Of a stretch of DNA of 64,000 nt, positions 1-12,019 are shown one piece after another (within the stretch, counting starts at the first letter, position 1; every line of letters starts with the position of its first letter). This DNA comes from Saccostrea cucullata (taxonomy: Eukaryota). Location of the stretch: positions 186,001 through 250,000 of the forward strand of contig NW_026931770.1 in assembly GCF_032062105.1 (NCBI RefSeq). Reading direction: 5' to 3'. Both the position numbers and the translations under genes were made by a program. The notes beneath the pieces were generated by a model. That model ran no database searches. It saw only the letters and a list, made by a program, of their open reading frames with translations, and was not told the origin of the DNA.

Positions 1-1036
1 TCCTATTCAGGGGTACATGGTATCCAACAGTAAAGATTGCCGTGTAGTAATTAGAGCGAGTGGTGGTCTTACTCCATAGAGAATATTTAGTGTGAATTTT
101 TATTTTGAGGGTACATCATTTCGTTGACACTTTGCTTAAAGTTCTGACGAATTACTTACATGAAATTTACGCAGCATTGAACTGAAATATGAATCATTAA
201 CCATGAATTAAAGAAATTATTTATTGAATGCATTTGTTCTTTAAAACTTAAAAAAAATGTTAGGTGAACACTTAGAAGTTTGGTTCAGTGTATAAACACA
301 GTAAAAAGCAGAATCAACGATACCTAAAGAGAATTTTTAATTATGTTTAATAAATATATGCAGTGATTAACTAACAGATGTAGGCTATAGCCCCCGAAAG
401 AAAAAAAAACAAACGGAAAATGGCAAAAATAACGTTCAATAACAACCTTGCATATACATGTAGATAAATCAAGTATGCACTCCCCCAAAATACAAGTATT
501 TTCAAATAGAAGGGTTGTCCAAGTATTTTTAGCCGATGGAATAAGATTTGACAATGGATAGATCGCAGACACTCTAGACACGATGCTCAAAGCGTGAAAG
601 TGAATAGATTTAAATCACAATGCCTTGTTAAAGGTCAAAGACGGGTTGAATTCTTTACTATAGAGACAAGTACCCGTGATTTTGAGGTTTTTGGGAAAAT
701 TGAGCGCACGATTGTTTCAATTTCTTTCATGGATGTAAATGATTAATGTAGTATTACTTTTTACGTTGTCCATAAAAACGGCAAATTGAAACATCAATGC
801 GCTCATATAAAAAATGGGCTTACAAAATGGGGTGTGGCCCTATGAGAAATTGATGTAAACAATGTACCCCTGCTATATTAATCAGAAAAATACCGAATTA
901 CAGTTTCTGAAAGCAAATTTTTAAATTGAAATTAATAAACTACAATGTTTAATGGAAAGATTGGGGCAAAATTATGCCAAATGTGGACGTTTAAACGATT
1001 CATTCTTTACATTGCAAATTGTAAACGCTTAAAAAA

Positions 1037-4000
1037 CACTCACTCACTCAATCCTCTCTGCGCCATCATATTCTTGAGGCGGCTACAAGGTATTTCCATC
1101 TGGCTCGGTCTGCAGCTGCTCGTGGTGCTGTCTACATGGTTAGACCTCTGCTCTTCAGGTCTTCCAGGACAGTTCTTCTCCAAGTCTCCTTTGGCTGGCC
1201 CCTGTTTCTTTTTCTCAGGGGTGCCCATTAAAGAGTAATCCAGGGCAGTGGGTTAGGAGGCATGAGCGCAGGACATGACCAAGCCATTGACAGCGTCTTA
1301 TTTGGATTGTCTGGGATATTGTAGGCAGCCCAGTTTTTTCCAATACTTCTTGATTTGAGATGGTGTTAGAACAAACGATCTTGAGAATACGTTTGAGGGA
1401 TTTGGTTTGGAAGACTTCTAGTGTTCTTTCAATCGCCAGAAAGGTTTTTCAGCACTCTGGTCCATACAAGAAGACACTAAGGACATTGCTGTTGAAGATC
1501 CTGATCTTGGTGTTGATATTGAGTGATGTGGATCTCCATATGGGTTTCAACATTGCAAAAGCCTGATTTGCCTTGCTAACCCTGGTGTCGGCTTCCTTGC
1601 CGCATTCCCCCGTTGTAATAACCTTGCTTTTCAGGTATGTAAACTCCTCAACATCCTCTAGTGGCTTGCCGTTGGTCAGTACTGGATTACTTTTGGTGGT
1701 GTTTACTCGTAAAACCTGTGTCTTTCTGGTGTTGATCTTAACTCCGAATTTGTTAGATGTTGCACTGAGGAGCTCTGTCTTCTGCTAAATATTCTGATGT
1801 CTGTTTGATAGGAGGCCGGTGTCATAAGTATAATCCAGGTCCTCTAGGATTGAGGTCGATGTCCATTGCAATCCCTGTCTTTTGACTTGCGTGGTGTTCT
1901 TTATAACCCAGTCAATTGCAACACAAAGTGAGAATAGTACAGGTGACAGAAAACATCCTTGTAAAGCACTGAGAAGGGCTCAGTTAGCTGGCTATCACTC
2001 GGCACTCATTGTTCTTGTAGAAGGACTTGATGATGTGAACCAGTTTCTGTGGGATGCCGTTGTGACGTAGGATCTTCCAAAGAGACTAGCGGTGTAGGCT
2101 GTCAAAAGCCTTTTCAAAATCAACAAATACAGCATAGTGTGTTATTCCACTCACATGACTGTTCCAGTATCTGTCATAGTACAAACATATGGTCAAAACA
2201 TGACTTCTTTTTTTCTGAAACCGGCCTGCTTCTGCCGAAATATGTCATCTACAGCAGCTGTGATGTGTTGTAGTATAATTGTTTGATTAATTAATGTTTT
2301 TCGCCGAATCTGCAATCTCCCAGCCATATATCGGCGATATAAAGTAACATTATGTGGCCAGTTTTTAAAGTTTTGGGTTTCTCAGATGGCCCCAATGAGC
2401 CTCCTCTTCTTCGAAAATCAAAGAAACGATCTTTTGCGTGCTAAGGGGTTTTAATTCTTGACACGGGGCACCATTTGACGTCCCATCCGACGGACCACTG
2501 TTGTAGTATGATGTGCACTGAAGACCTTGCTGGTGAGAGAGATAAGTGTAATCCCACGCCAGTTGTTGCAGTCTCCAAGGTCACCTTTCTTGGGCAGCTT
2601 GATTATGACTCCTTTCTTTCAGTCATACTGTGATCATATACTATTTGTCCCATATATCTTGGAGGATATGCTGCAGTATGTAAGGTGTTTTTGTTTCTTC
2701 TGTTTTCAACAATTCCGGGCATACACCATCATTTCTTGAGGCTTTAATTTTCCATTTATTAGTTCATAGATTGCTTGTTTCACCTCGTTCAGCGTAATGC
2801 AGCCTATTTCTATCTCAAGGTCTGTCTCTGCCTCATCAATGTCAGGGAGTATCGATGGATCTGGTCGATTCAAACTCTTCTCAAAATGTTCTCCCCATTT
2901 CTCTAGTTTGCGGAGCAATTTCCTGCTTTTACAGAGAGATCTTGGTTGGGGTTGTGATCGCCTCTTATAGTTTCTTTGTAATCTTATAGACGGTTTTCAT
3001 GTCTTTTCTCTCAGCAGCTCCCTGTGCTTTCTCGGCGAGTTGCTCCGTATAGTGGCGCTAGTCTCTCCTTGCTTACGTCACCACTTCCTTATCTCTCTTT
3101 CTATACAAGGCAGCTGCCTTTTTTTTCAATGTGGATGACTTTGCATCTATGATGTTCTTTAGATGTTTCCCCTCGATAGTGATAGTTGCCTCGTCCTGAT
3201 GTGTGCTGTAACTGTTCCTGAGTGTGATGTTTAACTCCTTTCTGACACCTGGGTCCTTGAACTTGCTGACATCAAATCGCTTGCTGTTGCTATTACCGAT
3301 TTTGGCCTTTCTTGGCTTAAAACAGATCTTGGCTATAACAAGATTGTGGTCACTACCGATGCCGGCATGGCACACAGCTCGCACGTCCTGCAGGGGGTGT
3401 CTCTATTTACTGTTAACCATAATGTGATCAATCTGACTTTTGGTGCTTCCATCTGGTGATGCCCAGGTCAGCTTGAGGATGGTTTTGTGAGCGAAAAGAC
3501 TACCACCTATGACAAATCATTTTACTCACATGCGCTGATGAGCCTTTTGCCATTGTCAGTGAGGTCGCCCACTGCATGTTGACCCAACACTCTTCTCCTG
3601 TTGTGGTTAATTTGACCCCATTTGAAGTGTGACATCATGCCTTGGAATGTCATCAAGTACTGCTTGTAGAGAGCTGTATAGAAGTTGTCTTTAGCTTCTT
3701 CTTCTGTATTGTCAGTTGTCAAGTCTGACTTAAAGTAGACGTGCATTGATAGGCTTCCATTGAAGGACCGTATTGGCAACCTTGTGGTTGATGAGGAGAG
3801 CTACTCTTTCCTTATGTTTAATATCGCCTCGTCAAGACCATGTAATGACTTCCCCTGAGTTCAGTCTCTCTTTCCCTATTTCTGTCCATCTGACATCACT
3901 CATGGCCATCAGAGATAGGTTATAATATTTCATCTAATTTACTGATTTGGCAAATCTTCCGGTTTGGTATAATGTCCAAACATTCCAACACCCAACTCTG

Positions 4001-4115
4001 ATGTGTTATTTCGGTGTCAAGAGATCTTGAACCGTCATAATTCCAGTTGTATGACCTACTTCAATCCGATAACCAATTGAAATATAGTTCCTTGTAGTCG
4101 TTTCCGTAGCATATG
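1037..4115 (-). mobile_element. Decayed RTE-clade non-LTR retrotransposon (APE endonuclease + reverse transcriptase)
   Basis: Minus-strand fragments: GIGSDHNLVIAKI (endonuclease C-terminus), W.EHFEKSLNRP..ITLNEVKQAI, an RT-like region, and a (TGAG)n tail at ~1037-1050; many stops and frameshifts. Confidence 0.85.
2277..2498 (-). mobile_element. 5'-truncated SINE (Meta-domain-like) inserted in the RTE element
   Basis: 11-bp TSD TGTTGTAGTAT (2266-2276, 2499-2509); minus strand starts GTGGTCCGTCGGATGGGACGTCAAA and ends in an AAAC/AATT-rich tail. Confidence 0.65.
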
Positions 4116-4134
4116 TGGTTTTACGAAGTGAGGT

Positions 4135-4930
4135 TCGATAACGCTGCGATGGCGCGATAGCCCCGATGATGCGATGGTACGATGTAGCGATAATGCGATC
4201 CTCGATAGCGATGACGTTGGTCGATCGATGATCGATGGCGCGACAGTGAGATACTATATCGTGCCATCTTATTGCTTTATCGCGCTATCGACATCGTGTC
4301 ATCGCTCTATCGACTACATAGATAGGATGGCATTCTCAGCAGGGACCGGCGATGACTTTAATTTTGTATTTGTATTTTTAAAAAGAAGTGAACATTCATT
4401 ACAGATTTAAATGACAAATGTATTTTTTGGCACTTTACATATATTATAATAGAACATCGGCATTATCACATGACTATATCAACATGGTTAATTTTTATGC
4501 CCAGTAAGTGAAATTCTGTTCATACTTTCACAACCTGACGCCATTTCTCTTTTTAGCTTCACAATATAGTGCGATAGAGCACTAATTGACACGATAGAGC
4601 ATCGCTTCATCGTTATCGCGTTATCGACATCGACAAAGATCAATGGTGTACATGCATCAGCATCAAGACATGCATAATACGCTTTATCGCTCCATAGTCG
4701 TCATCGATTTTTTTGCATCGCGATTTCTCGTTATCGCTTCATCGCTCCATCGTCATCGCAAATGACCATTTGGATTTCCAAAACATATATTTCAACAGAA
4801 CATCGACATTTTCACATGACAAAGATCAATGGTGTACATGTTTTTCAGCATCAAGACATGCATAATACTAGAGTAGTTCGATTTTTTGCACGCGATTTCT
4901 CGCAAATGACCATTTGGATTTCCAAAACTT
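4135..4930. repeat. CGAT/ATCG-rich repeat, probable non-autonomous DNA element with an internal duplication
   Basis: Dense GCGAT/ATCGC words; ~4630-4785 is repeated at ~4815-4926. Confidence 0.5.
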
Positions 4931-5107
4931 TTAGGACTTGTGTATCATCACTTTAATCTTACGCGTTTTCCGTTTTAATGACGTCATTTTCGGTCCCGAC
5001 TTATCGTCATTCTAATGATTTTTTACGTCTGTTTGTCCGAGGATTTCTCCTTATGACCATACTTTCAGATATGACAGACCTATCTCTGTAGATATCCAGA
5101 ATGTATT

Positions 5108-5877
5108 CAAGGCCGTAACTAGGCTTAAATTTTTAGTGAGGCAAGGGTGCTGGGCATTCCTAGTCCCAGACGGGGCAAGGGTAGCACCTGATGGCCAGTG
5201 ATGGGGGTTCCAGGGGGAGGGGGGCCTGAAACCTCGATATTCGAAAATAAAAGATTTAATCTTAGAAAATTTTTACGTTTTGAATTGTGGCCGCATAACA
5301 CAGTGGTTAGAGCTACATGTATGCTCTAGAGTCGCAAACAAAGGAGTTGATCCGAACATTGCGGGTTCGAATCCCACTGTGGGATGTAGAGACCAGTCCT
5401 TCGGATGAGAACGTAAAACCGAGGTCCTACGTCACAGAAGTGATGGCACAAAAAATATCTCTCACTGTTCAATCATCTTCAGTGACCCTGAAAGCCCAGT
5501 ACATGTACAAGTTCAAAACTTGCAGCCCTCAACCGGCAAGTACTGGTGTCTCAATATGAATGAGAAAGTCTTAGAAGCAGGGACAGAGATATAAATATTT
5601 TTATCACTCTGGAAGGGATGTTAAACAATTACCTGGCCCTCCAGCGGCGCCGTAAACAATCAAACAATTTACAAAACATACGTTTTGAATTATATTTTAC
5701 ATGCGTTCAAATGAAAATGAGGCACCTGATGATTTACAGAAATTGAAACAAAAGTTGAAAATATTAATTTAGCACGAAGACACACATAATTCATAAGTTC
5801 AATGTTAAACCTTTTCAGGTTTCAGAAAACTCTTAAAATTTAGTGAGGCATTTACCTCACTTGCCTCAATGGCCTTG
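5108..5877. mobile_element. MITE with CAAGGCC...GGCCTTG termini, carrying a SINE
   Basis: Short TIR, repeated subterminal AGTGAGGCA, GTATT on both flanks. Confidence 0.55.
5287..5678 (+). mobile_element. tRNA-derived V-domain SINE
   Basis: A box (CAGTGGTTAGAGC), B box (GGTTCGAATCCC), V-domain-like CCTTCGGATGAGA.CGTAAAACCGAGGTCC, AAAC tail, 13-bp TSD TACGTTTTGAATT (5274-5286, 5679-5691). Confidence 0.8.
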
Positions 5878-6059
5878 GTATTTCACTTTTATCGGAAATT
5901 CTGCACGTCTGCGCTCTGAAAATTTTTTAAATTAATGTAATTACAGGGGCCAAAATAATTTTTTCTAAATATTTCAACAACCGTGAAAAAATTTCAATAC
6001 ATTACTGAAGCAAGGTTGTTAAAATCCCGAGTGGCACCTAATGTACAACTAATGTACAA

Positions 6060-6930
6060 CTGTTCATATGGGACACAACACTCACCTGAGTTACCAAAGC
6101 CCTCTAGAAAAATTTTATTTGTTTTTTTTCTTTCTCACATTTAAAAACAAGATATATGTATATTTTGTAAAACATTGATTCCCAAGTATGACAGATTATG
6201 CTCAGAGGGGTGACATTTCTCAAATGCAACTCAAACTTCACATTAAAAGTCAAGGGAATGAAAATATTGGAACCCCCCCCCCCAAAAAAAAATGTCATGG
6301 GTTTTTTAAAGGATCAAACTCCAAGGCCAAGGGTCAAAATGAAATATAAAAAGTGAAATATAAAAACCCTAAAAGTAAACAAATTAAACAATTTATGGTC
6401 ATGGTTGAAGTTTTTCAAAAGTAGACCAATTTCGAAGTTCAAGTCCAAGGAAAAAAACCTTACGGTACACAAAGAAAGGTTTTTTTTTACAAGAAATACT
6501 AAGTGTGAACAAGTGCAATATTCCAAATATTAAAAGATATAGCCAAGATTAAGTTTTTTTTAAATTATAGTTCAAGGGGTCAAAATTGATGTTCCAAGGG
6601 GAAGGGCTTTTCACAACAAATACTCCTGTGAAAATAAAGCCTTACATAGAGAATTTAAAAGTTATTACCAAAATTCAAAAGGTAGACATCAAGGTCAAAA
6701 TTATGGTAACCAAGGGATGTAATTGTCACAAGAAATACAAGTGTGGAATATATAAAAAAAAAAACCTAGCACTAACTTGTCAAAAGTTATAATCAAGATT
6801 AAAATCTTATAGAAGTAAGTTATACACCAAGGTCAAGTTCAAAAGTATATGTGCCCAATGACAAGTCTCTTTTCAGTTTTGGACAGGGCAAAAATATTTA
6901 CCCCTAAATCTTTTGATTTAAAACTATATA
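6060..6930. repeat. Degenerate Helentron-type (HINE) element with satellite-like internal repeats
   Basis: Recurrent AAGGTCAAAATT..ACAAGAAATAC.. units. Confidence 0.5.
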
Positions 6931-7648
6931 AATATGTAAAATTTGTTACAAATCAGTCAGAAATGTAAAAAAAAAAAAAAAAAAAAAAAAAAGGTAATAA
7001 AGTATCATTTTTAATTGTGATCAAATCTACCATAAGTCATTAGGGCTTTATGGGATTTGATTACATGACCAACTCATATCTTCACAGAAGTTTTAAACTG
7101 AAACCTTATTTCTTTATTACATGTCAAGCCATATCTGCAATCCCATTTTGAATTTGGTATCAATCTCTAACTAAACCTAAGTAAAACAAATTATCAACCT
7201 ATACATGATTTTATTTTATTTCAAAGCAATTCCACACATGATTTTGTAACCAATGAATGAGATTCAACCCTGACCTTGTGCGTCTTCACACGAGAAGTCA
7301 GCCAGGAGTATATAATTTACATGTACACACACTACCCGCGTCGTGATACATGTAATGTACAGAATACAATATAGATTCTGATCAAACAATGGAAAACCAA
7401 GATAAATAACTACATACTGCCAAAATCATGACTTTTCTGAAAGACTATGTCTTCAGAGAGTAAAAAAAAGTCTCCTCATCTACAGAATTCCAATATTGAA
7501 TTTTCATTTGATAATTGCCTCGAATTTGTCCTCAGAAAAGTCCAATCTGTGTGCGATAAAATGGAGTATGGTTTATTATGTCACTGATATGGCTTCACAA
7601 TGTGTGCTGAGTAAATGAAGATCTATAGTAAACACTCTGAGTCACTCA

Positions 7649-10600
7649 TCATCGCAGATAGAGAAGCATTAGACTGGGGTTCTCTAGGTACGACTTCCAC
7701 AGATTGGAGAATCGAGCCATCGTAGCGCCCTCTATGATGCGGTGATCAGCTGACCAGCTGGCACACATGATCTGTTTCTTGATAACGTTACCATTGTCAT
7801 CAAAACGAGGTAATGTCTGGAAAGAGATTTAAATATCATGATATTAGAAAACAAGTATAATCAGGTTTTTATGTACAATCAAATTAAGCAGTCGTCTGTG
7901 GGAACCATTTCCTCAGAGGTGACCTTTGAATAGATATTCATCTTTTCTGAGAAAATTCTATTCCAATTTATTAACATAAAATTTATTTAACGTTCTACAA
8001 TACTCTTATAATAAGTGTGAAGAACTCCCTTTCATGCCAGTAGACAGTTACAGGATAAAACTTACTTGTAGCTTTCCTAGTGCACCTATTGCCACTTCTG
8101 GTGGTAATATCACAGGTCTGGCATAAGTTCCTCCTATCTGTGAAAAATATTAAAGGACTAAAAGCTAAGATTTTCAATTGTCTTCTACAAAGCTAATATC
8201 AAAATTAAAAAAAATAGTTTCCAATAATACAGAACATTGGTGAAACAGAAAATATCCACAATATAAAATTGGATACAATAGGTTAATTAAATTTTAAAAT
8301 TAACAATAAGTGTTCAGATCTGACCTCTGAACTTTGACCTTTTGCTTCACTCACCACTCCAATATTAGACAGTGAGAAAGTCCCCCCAGTTAACTCAGCA
8401 TTGGTCAGTTTTCCAGCCATTCCCAGGGCCTGGAGACGATTCAGTTCTACTGCGATGTCATAAATACTCAGAGACTGGACATTCTTCACGCTGGGGACAA
8501 CCAAACCCTCCGGGGTATCCATGGCAATGCCAATATTATGTGCTGCCTGCAAGATTCAATTACATTGATTGAAATTTGTTGATAACTATGTTGATATGGA
8601 TTTATTTTTTTCTGTAGATGTTGCTATACATAGTAATTTTTACCTTGAATGTAATGTTTTCACAGTTTTCATCCACACTAGAGTTTAGTATTGGATATTC
8701 TGATAAAGCTAATGACACAGCCTGCAAACAAATAGATAATGTTCATAAATATATTAAGTTACATTCATTTAAAGCTTTATATTCATTATCACACAGAAAT
8801 CAATCAAAGTCTGTGAGATTTTGAGTCTGCTATAGTTTACCATTCAAGTTTTGAATACTGTTTAAATTCTTAAAAACAAAGGTTCCCTCTCATACCTTGA
8901 TGATAACAGGCATGTATGAGAATCGGACCTCCGATTTCTCCATCACACCCTTAACTTCGCTGCGGAGCTCGACTAGTTTAGTCATATCCACCTCGTCATT
9001 GTACCCGAACGTTGGAATGTGCGCGGCCTGCGTCATCGTCTTCACCATCGCTTTACGGATTCCTTTAATGACTTCTGTGTAATCCTTCCCTACAGCGATC
9101 GTCTCCCTTTTGACTGGTGTGGGTAGAGGGGACGGTTTCTGGGGTGGCGTTTTCTGGACTGGGGGTGGCACTTGAGGAGGTGCTACTATATTTAAACATT
9201 GAAATTGTTAAGGTACATCTATGTACAATTTTTGTTGTACTTTTCCCCCTCAATTATTTTTCTCTTCAAGTATTTAAAAAATTTGCTTGATTTTTTTTTT
9301 TTAATTAGAACAAGCAATGAAACCATTAAATTATATTTTTGTTCGTCTGGAATTTTGAGTTCTGTTTATGTTTTTATTTTTACATTAAACATGCACTGAA
9401 AAGTAATAATGTATAAAAAGAAACCAAGTTCACCAATGTAATGGTACAAAAAAAAACAAATGAAGCTGAGAAACTATGTACCTGTTTTCGGAGCCTTTGC
9501 TGTCTGTTTATTTTGTATGAAGGCTAAGATGTCTTCCTTCAAAACTCGGCCATCTTTACCAGTTCCTGTTACATCCCTCAAGTCAATCTGTCAGACAACA
9601 AACAAAAGTAGTTTCTATACAGTCAAGTGCCTTCTTTGAAACTGTAATTGTTTAGTGTAAATACAGATAGTGACACTGAGAACAGTTTAATAAACAGATT
9701 GATCTAACATAAAAAAAACTTTCAAACATAAAATAACTTTTAATAATTTATTTTCCATCACTGCCTCTATCTTCGTCTGTTAAATATATACTTGTATATA
9801 CCTACAATGTAGAATTGTCTGTGCTTGCATCAGTTATCTACCTTGTTTTCCATAGCAAGTCTCCTGACAGCAGGTGTGGCCAGAGTACTTTTACCTTTGA
9901 CCTTGTGACCCACAAACTCTTCATCTGAGGAGGTGTTACCACTATCGATAGATTCCGAACTTGAACTGGCTGCAAAATAAGACTTTTTATCAATGATTTA
10001 TCATATTCTCATTTCACCTCTAAAAGATGTAAATATTTAATACATGGATATTCTGAGCCTGTGATGTATGTATGGGGACTACTAACAAGAAGCTCCATCG
10101 TCCAGTTCAATGTCCACTAGAGGTTGTCCAACGAGGGCGACATCGTCCACGTCATAATATATCCGCCTGATATAACCGTCGTATCGACTGGTGATTGTCA
10201 CGGACGCCTTGTCACTCTGGACTTCACAAATACTGTCAAACTGATTCACATGGTCGCCCACCGTCACAAACCTATTTATAGTAACAGAATATAAATGATA
10301 GTATCAATCATTAATAACTTGATTAGTTTCATATTAAATTAAATCCTGTTAATCAACTCAACGTTAGTCCAAAAGTATTCCAATAGAAAATTTCATGCAT
10401 TAACACTTGTATATGAGACAATTTGTTAATTTTTTTCAGGATTATTGAAATACATGTATAAAATTAAGATAAAACACAGAGGATTCAGTGTCTTTAAGTA
10501 AATGTAACAAAGGATATGTGCTGCATATATGATAGTATCTTTGCAAGGCAAGGGTTTTTGGTATGCTTTGCTCTCTTCTTCTCTCTGTGAAGAGCAAAGA

Positions 10601-11897
10601 AGACCAAAAACCCCTGGCTTGGGAAGATGTCACAATAAGTTAAGGATACTTTCTGGTTTTTATACTGACCATTCCTTGATGTGGACCTCTCTAATTCCCT
10701 CCCCAATGTCAGACAGTTTAAATTGTTCAATGTCTCCATAAGTCACTGAAATGTAACAATGCTGAGTAAAATTTTCAATTTTATATCACAGAAATTGAAA
10801 TTATTGAGGTAAAAACCGAAAAAAAAGGTTAAATGTGTGCTCTACACATAGGACCACCTGCTCCCTTGCATTTATACCTTCATGGGAGTCAATTTACAGT
10901 ACAATGCATGAAGTGTGTATTTAAACTGATTATGAATGAAGAAAATGAAGGAGCGATGCTGCAAGGACAGAAAATGAGAGAGAATGAATTAACAACATGA
11001 ACAATGCAAGGGAGGGACAGTGGTAAAGTGAAGATGTGAGAATATAAACATGTAAAAGAAAATGCGTTCAAAGAAGGACTGAGAATATCACAATGTAAAA
11101 TGCAAGAAGTGGTGAAGCAAAAGTACAAGAAGAGAACCAGAGAAACAAAGCAGGGAGCATGAATGCAAGGGTGATGTGAAGAAATGATTAAGGGCAAGGG
11201 GGAAGATTTTTTCCCCTTTATGCATTTACCGTAAGTTTTTGTTCTTTTCTTCATTTTTGCCCATGAAGTTGAAAACAATGGAGCGAGTAGCCCTATCGGT
11301 ATGCCATTTAAAAGGATTTATCAGATGACTTGACACATGATGCAGTCATTACATACATTAATTAATATACATTAAAACCATGACAAACAAAATGCAAGAA
11401 TATTTTTAATTTTTGTGTCTTACTGACTTACTTACCTGAACTGGAGTGAAATAATCTGTGGTTCAAAGCAATTCTGTGAAAGTTTGGCTGAGCCCATCTA
11501 CTTTTGACAGGAGTTCTAAGTTGTCTCCCTTGGATCTGTCAGAAAAATCTTGTAATGCACAAAACTTTTAACTGATTTGTAACAAATATTTTAAAGTGAA
11601 ATGTAATGCAGGATGAATTCATGTCATTTTCAAGATAGGTTCCTTTAGCAACTACAATACATTAATACTAGTGACATATCAACTAAAAACTGATGCTGTA
11701 ACGTTACAGGTCTACAAGTCCATTCTAAACATAGCAATTTATCGCTGATTCAGCTTTTGTATGTTATAGCATATATCATTGTAAGGCGATCCACATTTGC
11801 AAAGAGACTATTGATGCATGTTTAATGTACTTACGACACATCGGCTCTGTTGAAAACATTTTCTGTACAATCTCCTTGAAACCAGTGAGGATGCCAT
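7649..11897 (-). CDS. DBT: Dihydrolipoamide branched-chain transacylase (BCKDH E2), mitochondrial; 11 coding exons
   Basis: Exons approx. 11897-11835, 11535-11436, 10745-10670, 10271-10087, 9970-9842, 9587-9482, 9184-8895, 8721-8644, 8546-8355, 8137-8066, 7816-7649. Arg/Ser-rich transit peptide, [10 protein letters not shown], lipoyl motif [30 protein letters not shown]. Confidence 0.96.
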
Positions 11898-12019
11898 TGA
11901 GTATGTATGTAGGGTATGGTAAAGTTTAGAGGAGTTTCGAACGTCGCTGAAGTCAATAAAACGCTTTAAATAGGGACTTTTATCAAGCTTCTTGTAAACA
12001 TTGAATTGTTATAAACAAA
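11898..12019. promoter_or_regulatory. Bidirectional promoter DBT/NEK8
   Basis: Divergent ATGs only 122 nt apart. Confidence 0.75.

Noticed and set aside
8-873. CAGGGGTACAT / ATGTACCCCTG inverted pair
   Set aside because: Only 11 bp at the window edge and no TSD could be established; left unannotated
5398-5430. Hammerhead-ribozyme-like CGGATGAG...AAAC
   Set aside because: Lacks the CTGANGA/GAAA core geometry; matches the SINE V-domain instead
10889-11278. 129-aa hydrophobic ORF in a DBT intron
   Set aside because: Low-complexity purine-rich repeat read on the pyrimidine strand; no homology or splice support
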